A stretch of 64,000 nt of DNA from the NCBI GenBank assembly GCA_965246885.1, contig OZ251992.1, positions 1,248,001 through 1,312,000 on the forward strand, read 5' to 3'. Source of the stretch: Abditibacterium sp. Lineage in GTDB: Bacteria; Armatimonadota; Abditibacteriia; Abditibacteriales; Abditibacteriaceae. Each line of letters begins with the position of its first letter. The stretch's first letter is position 1. Shown here piece after piece: positions 37,402 through 45,366 of this stretch. A program made the translations under genes and the position numbers. A model generated the notes under the pieces. That model was given only the letters and a program-made list of their open reading frames with translations, made no database searches and had not been told where the DNA came from.

Positions 37402-38226
37402 TCAGGCGTTCGCGCGGCGGTTAGTCCAGCGCGTGAGCGTGTTAATGGCCAGCAGCAACACGAACGAGAAAACAAGCATCACGACCGCGAGGGCCGTTGC
37501 GCCCGCATAATCGAACTCGTCCAGTTTCATGGAGATAAGCCAAGGCACGATTTCCGTTTCGCCCGGCTTATTGCCCGCGATGAACACAACCGAGCCGTAC
37601 TCGCCCAAAGCGCGCGCAAAGGCGAGCGTCCAACCGGTGAGAAGCGCAGGCCAGATATAAGGAAAAATCACCCGCCGGAAGGTTTGCGCGCGGCTCGCGC
37701 CCAAGCTGGAAGCGGCCTCTTCCAACTGCGGGTCAAGACCGGCCAACACCGGTTGCACCGTGCGCACCACAAACGGGAGCGAGATGAAAACCAAGGCAAT
37801 GACGATGCCAAGCGGCGTGTACGCGGCCTGAACCCCATGCGCGAGGAGCCACTTGCCCAAAAAGCCGTTGGGGGCGTAAGCCGTCGTGAGGGCGATGCCG
37901 CCAACGGCGGTGGGAAGCGCGAAGGGCAAGTCCACAAGCGCGTCCACAAAGCCGCGCCCCGGAAAACGGTAGCGCACAAGCACCCAAGCGATGAGCATGC
38001 CCGCGAACAGATTGAACGTCGCCGCCAGCAACGAGGCGCCAAACGTGATACGGTAGCTGGCATACGCGCGCTCCGAGAACGCCGCCTCCTTGAAGTGTGC
38101 CCACCCACCCGTCCCCGCGCTCCAAAACAAGAGGGATAAGGGGATAAGCACGAGGAGTGACAGGTAAAGCAGCGTCGTGCCGAGCGACAGGCCAAAGCCC
38201 GGTAGAACGCGATGGGTTCGTTTCAT
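37402..38226 (-). CDS. cysT: Sulfate ABC transporter permease
   Basis: VLPGFGLSLG, DLPFALPTAVGG and FARALGEYGSVVFIAGN motifs. Confidence 0.95.
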   Translation of the reverse strand: MKRTHRVLPGFGLSLGTTLLYLSLLVLIPLSLLFWSAGTGGWAHFKEAAFSERAYASYRITFGASLLAATFNLFAGMLIAWVLVRYRFPGRGFVDALVDLPFALPTAVGGIALTTAYAPNGFLGKWLLAHGVQAAYTPLGIVIALVFISLPFVVRTVQPVLAGLDPQLEEAASSLGASRAQTFRRVIFPYIWPALLTGWTLAFARALGEYGSVVFIAGNKPGETEIVPWLISMKLDEFDYAGATALAVVMLVFSFVLLLAINTLTRWTNRRANA

Positions 38227-38295
38227 GGCGCGAAGGGCGGGAGATTCGAGATGTTGTGTGAAAAGTCCACAATTAAGCCAAGGAAATAAGAGCTT

Positions 38296-38375
38296 CGTCA
38301 TCCTGAGCCTGCGAAGGATTTATAATGACTGAACCGAAGGCGTTCCTATAGATCCTTCGCAGGCTCAGGATGACG
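38296..38375. repeat. CGTC-type REP/MITE-like inverted repeat
   Basis: CGTCATCCTGAGCCTGCGAAGGATTTATA ... TATAGATCCTTCGCAGGCTCAGGATGACG; 29-bp arms with 1 mismatch. Confidence 0.85.
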
Positions 38376-38445
38376 GTTTTCTCGACTTTGTAAAGCGCTA
38401 AGACGGAGGCCACTCCTCTTCTTCTTCCCTGCTTCCAACCTCTTT

Positions 38446-39561
38446 CTACTTCGCCGGGTGGATTTGGTCGAAAATGCCGCCGTCGTCAAAGTGCGTCTTT
38501 TGGGCCGTGCGCCAGTCCTTGAACTCGCTCGCCAGCGTCCACAGTTTCAGCTTGGGGAACTGGCTCGCGTATTTGTCGGCGACTTTGGAGTCGCGCGGGC
38601 GGTAGTAGTGTTTGGCGACGATCTCCTGCGCTTCGGGAGTGTAAAGGTAGTCGAGATACGCTTTGGCGATCTTGGCCGTGCCGTGCTTGTCGGCGACCGA
38701 CGACACGACCGCGACGGGCGGCTCGGCGAGGATGGACTCACTCGGCGTCACGATCTCGAACTCGCCTTTGGCCAAGTCTTTGGTCGCCAGAAAGCCTTCG
38801 TTTTCCCACGTGAGCAGGACGTCGCCGATGCCGCGCTTGACGAAGGTGTTGGTCGAGTCGCGCGCGCCTTTGTCCATGACTTTTACGTTGTCGTAGAGCT
38901 TGCCGACGTAGGCTTTGGCGGAAGCGTCGTTGCCGCCGGGTTGGTGTTTGGCCCATCCGTAAGCAGCGAGGTAGTTCCAGCGCGCGCCGCCGCCAGTTTT
39001 GGGGTTGGCGGTGACGACTTCGATGCCCGGCTTAATCAGATCGCCCCAGTCCTTAATGCCCTTGGGGTTGCCTTTGCGCACCAGAAAGACGATGGTGGAA
39101 GTGTAGGGCGAGGCGTTGTCGGGTTCAAGCGTCGCCCAGTTCTGCGGCAAGAGGTTCTCGTCGGCCAGACGGTCTATGTCATAAGCAAGGGCGAGGGTGA
39201 CGACGTCGGCTTCGAGGCCGTTCTGCACCTTTTGGGCTTGTTTGCCCGACCCGCCGTGCGACTGCTCGATGGTTACGTCTTGCCCGGAAGCCTTTTTCCA
39301 GTAGGCAGCGAAAGCCTTATTGTAGTCCTGATAAAGCTCGCGGGTAGGGTCGTAGGAGACGTTGAGCAGCTTGACCGCGCCCCCGTCCGCGCCGGTGGTA
39401 GCGGAGTTCTTACTGGAAATGGCAGTGTTGCCCGGAGCGGCGGAGTTGCCAGTGGTGCCGTTGTCGGAACCACCGGAGTTGGCAGGGCAACCCGCCAAGC
39501 CGATGGAAGCCGCAGAAAGAAAGGCGCCCAAAGCGCCGACGCGAGAAAGTGAAAGTGTCAT
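38446..39561 (-). CDS. sbp: Sulfate-binding lipoprotein
   Basis: LAGC lipobox. [35 protein letters not shown] and WENEG motifs. Confidence 0.95.
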   Translation of the reverse strand: MTLSLSRVGALGAFLSAASIGLAGCPANSGGSDNGTTGNSAAPGNTAISSKNSATTGADGGAVKLLNVSYDPTRELYQDYNKAFAAYWKKASGQDVTIEQSHGGSGKQAQKVQNGLEADVVTLALAYDIDRLADENLLPQNWATLEPDNASPYTSTIVFLVRKGNPKGIKDWGDLIKPGIEVVTANPKTGGGARWNYLAAYGWAKHQPGGNDASAKAYVGKLYDNVKVMDKGARDSTNTFVKRGIGDVLLTWENEGFLATKDLAKGEFEIVTPSESILAEPPVAVVSSVADKHGTAKIAKAYLDYLYTPEAQEIVAKHYYRPRDSKVADKYASQFPKLKLWTLASEFKDWRTAQKTHFDDGGIFDQIHPAK

Positions 39562-39688
39562 AGTGTTGGGTATTCCGGCCCTTCGCCGCCGTGTGGCGGC
39601 GCCTCCACCGGAACATCTCCGCGTAAGACTACCTTGCGGGTAGAGTTCGCCCCAAGCATTGTAAACCCCTCCGGCCCCGGCGTCAAGG

Positions 39689-39738
39689 CCAAGGGTTTAA
39701 CCTGAACTTAAAGAAAAGGGGCGCGGTGGCTTCTACAC
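39689..39738 (+). promoter_or_regulatory. Candidate Pho-box-like repeat and -10 upstream of the response regulator
   Basis: CCAAGGG-TTTAACCT-GAA-CTTAAAGA (11-bp period) and TACACT at 39733-39738. Confidence 0.45.
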
Positions 39739-39768
39739 TACGGCTCTCGTTTGCGCGGCTATTCACCC

Positions 39769-40479
39769 ATGAGCGACATCATCTTAATCGTGGACGACGA
39801 GCGCATCCTCGCCGACACCATCGCCTTCAACCTGCGCAAGGAGGGCTACGAGGTCGTCGTGACGCACGACGGCGAGTCGGCGCTTTCTCTTTCCAAAAGC
39901 CTCGCGCCGCGTTTGGTCATCCTCGACCTCATGCTGCCCAAGGTGTCGGGTTGGGAGGTATGCCGCGCCCTGCGCCAAACGCCCGAATACCAACTCGATT
40001 CGCCGATCTTGATGCTCACGGCGCGCGGCGAGGAAGCCGACAAAGTGCTGGGCCTCGAAATGGGAGCCGACGACTACCTCGTCAAGCCCTTTGGCATGCG
40101 CGAGTTGGTGGCGCGCGTGCGGGCGCTTCTGCGCCGCCAAGCCAAAGTCGCGCCGCCCGACGAGGGTATCCTGCGCGCGGGCCGTGTCGAGATGAATGTC
40201 GCCAAGCACGAAGTGCGCTTGCAATTGGGCGACGGCACCAACCCCGAAGTCAACCTGTCGCTCAAAGAGTTTGAACTGCTACGCGTTCTGCTCGGTTCGG
40301 CGGGCCATGCCGTCCCGCGCGAAGTGCTGCTGGAACGGGTGTGGGGCAGCGAATTCTACGGCGACGAACGCACCCTCGACGTCCACATCCGTTGGCTGCG
40401 CGAAAAGTTAGAACACACTCCCTCGCAGCCCGAATACCTCCAAACCGTGCGCGGCGTCGGGTATAAGTTTCGGGCTTAA
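39769..40479 (+). CDS. OmpR/PhoB-family response regulator (PhoB/SphR-like)
   Basis: IVDDE, ILDLMLP, GADDYLVKPF, RTLDVHIRWLREKLE and TVRGVGYKF motifs. No adjacent kinase. Confidence 0.92.
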   Translation: MSDIILIVDDERILADTIAFNLRKEGYEVVVTHDGESALSLSKSLAPRLVILDLMLPKVSGWEVCRALRQTPEYQLDSPILMLTARGEEADKVLGLEMGADDYLVKPFGMRELVARVRALLRRQAKVAPPDEGILRAGRVEMNVAKHEVRLQLGDGTNPEVNLSLKEFELLRVLLGSAGHAVPREVLLERVWGSEFYGDERTLDVHIRWLREKLEHTPSQPEYLQTVRGVGYKFRA

Positions 40480-41441
40480 TGCGCGCCGAAGCGGGCGTGG
40501 ATGCGGCGCCAGAACTCGCGCTCCAAGGCGCCTTGGCGGCGCAGCAGGGCGCCGCGCGCGGTCGGCGCGAACCAACTGATGTCCACAAAAGCGCGGTCAA
40601 CGGCGCCGAAGCGGTATTTATAGTCTTCGGCGCCGCGCAGAAAGTCGAACTCCTGCGCGCCCTCGTTGATGGCTTCTTGAAAGGCGCGGGCGAACAGGCA
40701 GGTTCCGACGCTCCACTTTTGCAATTCCGGCTCGAAGCCGCCGATGAAGAACCAGTATTTGCCGCCCCAGAAGTAGGAGAGAAGCACGCACGCCGCGCGC
40801 CCGTCAAGCCGCAGGCGCCACAAACGGAGCCAGTCGCGCGCGAGGAAATCGGCGCACAGTTCGCGGTGGAACCGTTGGCGCGCGGGGAGCACCAACACGC
40901 CCGTTTGCCCGCGCGCGCGCCAGCGTTTGCCGTGCAACGCGAAGAGGTCAGTCAGAAACTCCGTAACCTGAGCGGGCGTGCGCGCCACCTCCGCTTCGAC
41001 GGCAAAGCTCTTTTCCAAGCGTTTGGGGTAGCGCTTGATCTGCTCGCGCATGTTCTTGCCCAGCGACTTGACGTAACTCTCGAACGTGCCGGGGAGCGGG
41101 AGCGTCGGGCACACTTCGGCGGTTTCGACGCTCCATCCGCCGCGTCGCGCCCACTCGACAAGGGGCGAATCGGCGCTGACTTGCTTCAATAAGACGCCGT
41201 CAGACTCGCCCGCGACGCCGCGCAGCAATTGCCAGAGCGCGCGCGCGTTGCCGTCGTCGCACTGCGCGCCGCCACAATCGGCGATGCCCTGCCCCCACAT
41301 TTCCAAGCGCCGCACCGCGCCCCCGCGACTTTGCAGCCACACCCCCGCGCCGTCCGACGTGAGAAGTTCCAAGAACCCCTTGCCGCGCCCAAAGTGGCGG
41401 CGGAAAAGGTCGCGGTAAGCGCGGGATTGGAAAACGGTCAT
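40476..41441 (-). CDS. GNAT-family acetyltransferase (CelD/BcsL-like)
   Basis: FESYVKSLGKNMRE, LFALHGKRW and EFDFLRGAEDYKYRFG motifs. Confidence 0.8.
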   Translation of the reverse strand: MTVFQSRAYRDLFRRHFGRGKGFLELLTSDGAGVWLQSRGGAVRRLEMWGQGIADCGGAQCDDGNARALWQLLRGVAGESDGVLLKQVSADSPLVEWARRGGWSVETAEVCPTLPLPGTFESYVKSLGKNMREQIKRYPKRLEKSFAVEAEVARTPAQVTEFLTDLFALHGKRWRARGQTGVLVLPARQRFHRELCADFLARDWLRLWRLRLDGRAACVLLSYFWGGKYWFFIGGFEPELQKWSVGTCLFARAFQEAINEGAQEFDFLRGAEDYKYRFGAVDRAFVDISWFAPTARGALLRRQGALEREFWRRIHARFGAH

Positions 41442-41465
41442 GGGGAGGGCGCGGAGTTTGGTATT

Positions 41466-41771
41466 ATGGAAAGCGCAATGGAATCTTCACGCATGGCGTT
41501 CTTACTGGCCCGCTTTGCGGGCTTGATGGTTTGGGTGAATGGAGTGTTCGAGGCCACCTACGTGCTTGACCGTTTATCCGCGCTCGGAGCCTACCGAAGT
41601 GCTGGGGCACAGCACTACTACGGTGGGTTGCTCATGCTTATGCTTTTCCGCGTGGCTCTCTACGCTATGACGGGCGCCTTACTCTGGCTCAACGCTGACC
41701 GGGTGGGGCGCTGGTTGGAAAGCGGACAAGATGGCGATACGCAGGGCGCGCCCCCGCTTTCCCTGCCCTAA
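41466..41771 (+). CDS. Small membrane protein
   Basis: 101 aa with two hydrophobic helices; fills the gap between opposite-strand genes. Confidence 0.5.
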   Translation: MESAMESSRMAFLLARFAGLMVWVNGVFEATYVLDRLSALGAYRSAGAQHYYGGLLMLMLFRVALYAMTGALLWLNADRVGRWLESGQDGDTQGAPPLSLP

Positions 41772-41776
41772 GCCCG

Positions 41777-43009
41777 TCACGGGTGCGGGCGGTAGAAGTC
41801 GCTGGACAGCTTGACGCGCTGGCCGCCGACGAGTTTGAAGGCTTGCGAGTGCGTGCCGCCCTCGCGCGAGGTGACGAGCGAAACGAGTTCGACCTTGGGC
41901 GCGCGGCGCGGTTTTTGGCCCCACACGCGGGCGTTGAACTTGCCGTTCGCCACGAAGGTTTCGACGCGAATCGGGCCGCCGGACGTGTTGCGGAAGCGGA
42001 AGTCCTTTTGGTGCCACATGAGCGCGGCGTCGCGCGAGGGCGGCACATACGAGACGCGCATCGAGTGGGCGTGGCGCTCGACGATGGGGAAATTGCCCAG
42101 CAGAGCGCAGTTATACAGCGTCGAAGCGGCTTGACAAATCCCGGCGCCCGTGCCCGCGACGACGCGGCCCGACACGAACATCTTCGCTTCGCGCCAGCCG
42201 CTCTCGGCGTTGCGCGGGCCAATGGCGGTGTTGGTCGAAAAGACGCCACCCGGCGGGACGACCGTGCCGTTGATATGATTCGCCGCCATGCGAAGATTCA
42301 CCGTGCGGCCCCGGAGCGAAGCGTCGTACTTGGTCGAGAACGAGGTGAGCAAGTAGGGAAACGCGCCTTTGCCGACGGCGATTTGCGGCGCCTCGTCGGG
42401 CGTGGGCGCTGTCTCGCGCACGGCGACAGTGACCAGCGACTCGCGCGCTTTGGGCGGGCTTTGCTCCAAGGCGACTTCGATTTTGGCGGCGCTCGCTTCG
42501 ATGTTGAGGCCCACGTTGCCAAAGTCCTCGCGCACTTGACCGTCCAGTTCCCGCAGCGCGGCGTCCAACTTGGCGCGGTTGACCGAAAACGAAAGCGCTA
42601 CCGTTTCGCCCCGCCGCGCGCGGGTCAGCATTTCCCGAAGCGGAAGCGTTGCGCCCAGTTCGTCGCGGCCAAAGGTGTATTGATAGGAACCAATCACGGT
42701 GCGAAAGGGCGCCTTGAGTTGCGGTGCGAGCGCGGCGCGCAATTTGGCTATGGCCGCCGCGTCGCTCAGGCGGGCGACGGACACGCCCGCGACAGTGCCC
42801 GACGTTGCGGCGAGCGCGGTGGAGGGCGCCACGACGACACCCTGATGGCGCACCGGGTCGCCGATAACGAGCGGGGAATCGTCCGAGGGCGGCGCATTAA
42901 GCGGGACGTCTCCCCCTTTCGCGGCGGGCGCGGGCAATACTTGCGCGGGGGCGCAGGCGGGCCACAGCAGAAGCAGTGACAGGGCTAACCAAGGTCTACA
43001 AGGGATCAT
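41777..43009 (-). CDS. VanW-domain exported protein
   Basis: RTVNLRMAA..INGTVV..FSTN..IGPR, GAGICQAASTLYN, ERHAHS..SYVPPSRDA and DFRFRN motifs. Confidence 0.85.
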   Translation of the reverse strand: MIPCRPWLALSLLLLWPACAPAQVLPAPAAKGGDVPLNAPPSDDSPLVIGDPVRHQGVVVAPSTALAATSGTVAGVSVARLSDAAAIAKLRAALAPQLKAPFRTVIGSYQYTFGRDELGATLPLREMLTRARRGETVALSFSVNRAKLDAALRELDGQVREDFGNVGLNIEASAAKIEVALEQSPPKARESLVTVAVRETAPTPDEAPQIAVGKGAFPYLLTSFSTKYDASLRGRTVNLRMAANHINGTVVPPGGVFSTNTAIGPRNAESGWREAKMFVSGRVVAGTGAGICQAASTLYNCALLGNFPIVERHAHSMRVSYVPPSRDAALMWHQKDFRFRNTSGGPIRVETFVANGKFNARVWGQKPRRAPKVELVSLVTSREGGTHSQAFKLVGGQRVKLSSDFYRPHP

Positions 43010-43060
43010 GCCTTTCAGTTTGACCCCTGCCGCAAAGCGGCGCTCCAAAACGGCGTCCTC

Positions 43061-45007
43061 TTACTTGAACCGCTTCGCCCACGCACCCGTCAACGCGGGC
43101 AGCAGGCTCCCGCCGTCACGCTCGTCACGGGGCAAAGAAGCGCGCACGCCGCACTTTTGAAAGCGGGCGCTCGTGAAGGGGTTGCCCTTCACGCGGGTTT
43201 GCAGCGACAGATTGGAAGGACGCATCCCCGCGAGCAAGAGCGTCTTCTGGCCCTCGTCCGAGCGCAAAAACTGCTGGAAGGCGCTCCGCGCGGGCGCGAC
43301 TTCGACGGGAGCGCCGACGCGCTCGACTTCGCAGAACGGGTGGTCGGCGGCGATGGTGCGCGGCAGATACCACACCTCGACGCTTTGGCCCGCGTTCAGG
43401 GCGCGCAGGGCGTCGCTTTCAAAGCACAAGCCCCACCACACCCGGCTGGCGCCGTCTTGCGAAAGGTCGTTCACCAAGTCGGCGTCGCACGCATACGCCG
43501 AGGGCGAGTTCGCTTCAAAAGTGTTCATCCACGTCCAGAACGCGGCGTCGTTCACTGCAACGCGCGGCGTCTTGCCGTTCGATTCGCTCCACTCGCGCAG
43601 CATCGAGAACCGGACAAGGGCGCCGAGCGCGGTCTTTTGCGGGTCGCAGATTCCAAAATGGCCGACCGCGCCCTTGCCAACGGCAGTGCGCAGAGCGCTC
43701 CACGAGGAGACGCGATGGCCGGGAAAAGCGCGGCGCAATTCACCCGCGTGGTCGGCGCGGGCGAGGAGCACGATGGGCGTGCGGGCGAGCGATTCCCCCG
43801 GCGCAAGAGTAGCGCGACGAAAGCGCGGGGCGAGGGCGTTGAACTGCTCGACCGCCGCGCCCGATGCCGGAACCCACGCATCGGGCGCGCCGTCTCCACC
43901 GCGTAGCGCGCGGTGGAGTCCGGCGCGGCTTTCGACGCCTTGCACCACGACATCGAAAGCCGCGCCGTCGCCAGTCTTTTCCCACGCAATTCCGGCGCTA
44001 CCCAAGGCGGGCGCAATTTCCGGCGCCGCCGCGAGCAGGACGGGCATGCGCCCTGCGCTTGTGGCAACGGCGGGCGTCGCGGCAAAACGCTGAATGGAAA
44101 GGGTGAACAAGACGCCCGTAATGGCGACCATCAGGTTCAGCGCGGTGGGCGACAAGATGCGGCGCGGCCCCGAAGTTTTCCCATCGCCCACAACGACCCG
44201 CGAAGGGGCATTGCGCTTGGTGCTGCGGCGGCCCGTCAGCTTGGCTTGGCCGGAGATGACGTCATGGAGCGCATCAGGCATGTCGGGAGAGTGCGCGTCT
44301 ACGTTCGATTCGCGGCGGCGGCGGATGTCGCGGGCTTGCTCGGTGGTCAGAGTTTTGGCGCGCACCGCGTTCTCTTCCTGTTCGGGCGTGAAATGAACGG
44401 TGGGCTTGGGCTGTGGGAAGAAGACCTTCTCCCCTACGAAGGGCGCGGGCGCCGCGACTTCGACGGGGGGCGCACTGGAGACTTTGGGCGCCCGCGCCAT
44501 GTGGACGGGCTGCGGTTCCGGTTCTGGGTCGGGTGTAAGAGGCGCGGCTTTGGTTTTGATGGCCGCACCGGGCAGCAGGTCGAGGTCACGTCCGGTGCGG
44601 GCACATTCGACAACCTCGCGCGCGGCGCTGATTTCGTCTTGCAAGCCGGGTAGCTGGTCGGCCTTGGTGACGGACGCCATATTGCCGCGCATGGCGGCGA
44701 TGAAGGCGACGAAGGTTTGCGCCGACGGATCGCCGATGGAGTGCAGAATATGTTGGCGGTCGTATTTGGCGCGCCAGCTGGCGTCGAGCAAAATGCGGCG
44801 CGCTTGGGGCAAAACGCGCTCGGTCAGCGACTGAAAGTAGAGCCGCTTTTGCGGGTCGCGGTGCTCGATGTTGGCGGTGGCGTTGGTGTAGACCTTGCCG
44901 ATGCGCCGACGGATGGTTTCTTCGTCGGCGCTCACGGGCACGCCCAACAGAGCGTAGAAATCGAGCCACTCGCCGTCCAGAAATGCGTTCGTCGCGTTCG
45001 TCGTCAT
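43061..45007 (-). CDS. Membrane protein: J-domain-like N-terminus, Pro-rich linker, TM, extracytoplasmic solute-binding-like domain
   Basis: DFYALLGV..ADEETIRR..HRDP..LLD..RAKYD; one TM; PDAWVPAS, SLARTPIV, ADHPF and FQQFLRSDEGQ. GAGG Shine-Dalgarno before 45007. Confidence 0.65.
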   Translation of the reverse strand: MTTNATNAFLDGEWLDFYALLGVPVSADEETIRRRIGKVYTNATANIEHRDPQKRLYFQSLTERVLPQARRILLDASWRAKYDRQHILHSIGDPSAQTFVAFIAAMRGNMASVTKADQLPGLQDEISAAREVVECARTGRDLDLLPGAAIKTKAAPLTPDPEPEPQPVHMARAPKVSSAPPVEVAAPAPFVGEKVFFPQPKPTVHFTPEQEENAVRAKTLTTEQARDIRRRRESNVDAHSPDMPDALHDVISGQAKLTGRRSTKRNAPSRVVVGDGKTSGPRRILSPTALNLMVAITGVLFTLSIQRFAATPAVATSAGRMPVLLAAAPEIAPALGSAGIAWEKTGDGAAFDVVVQGVESRAGLHRALRGGDGAPDAWVPASGAAVEQFNALAPRFRRATLAPGESLARTPIVLLARADHAGELRRAFPGHRVSSWSALRTAVGKGAVGHFGICDPQKTALGALVRFSMLREWSESNGKTPRVAVNDAAFWTWMNTFEANSPSAYACDADLVNDLSQDGASRVWWGLCFESDALRALNAGQSVEVWYLPRTIAADHPFCEVERVGAPVEVAPARSAFQQFLRSDEGQKTLLLAGMRPSNLSLQTRVKGNPFTSARFQKCGVRASLPRDERDGGSLLPALTGAWAKRFK

Positions 45008-45233
45008 GGATGTTACCTCGCCGCGTGTGCTCCCGGTCGCAGGTTGACCCCGTCGGACGCACACAACTCGTCGTTGGTTCAAAGCACCGAACTGGCCAGC
45101 CGAAATGTCGTGTTCCCAACTTTTTGGCCCCCGGTCTTCTCTTCTCCGGTTTGCCACGACGTACGTGCCCCTTGATGTGAAAAGCGGCCACTTTCCGAAA
45201 TTTATTCTATCGCCGCCGTCTCTCATGTGAAGA

Positions 45234-45366
45234 GGGACGTCTGTCTTTGGGCGGCGCACGTCTGTCGGCGCGTGGCAGACGTCTGTCATCGGATGGCGCA
45301 CATCTGTCGGCGCATGACGCACGTCTGTCGGCGCGTGACGCACGTCTCTTTTTGGGCGACAGACCT
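45234..45366. repeat. 21-nt-period quasi-palindromic array (family copy 2, 6 units plus a partial)
   Basis: Units such as CGCACGTCTGTCGGCGCGTGA and CAGACGTCTGTCATCGGATGG. Abuts the pheT stop. Confidence 0.85.
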
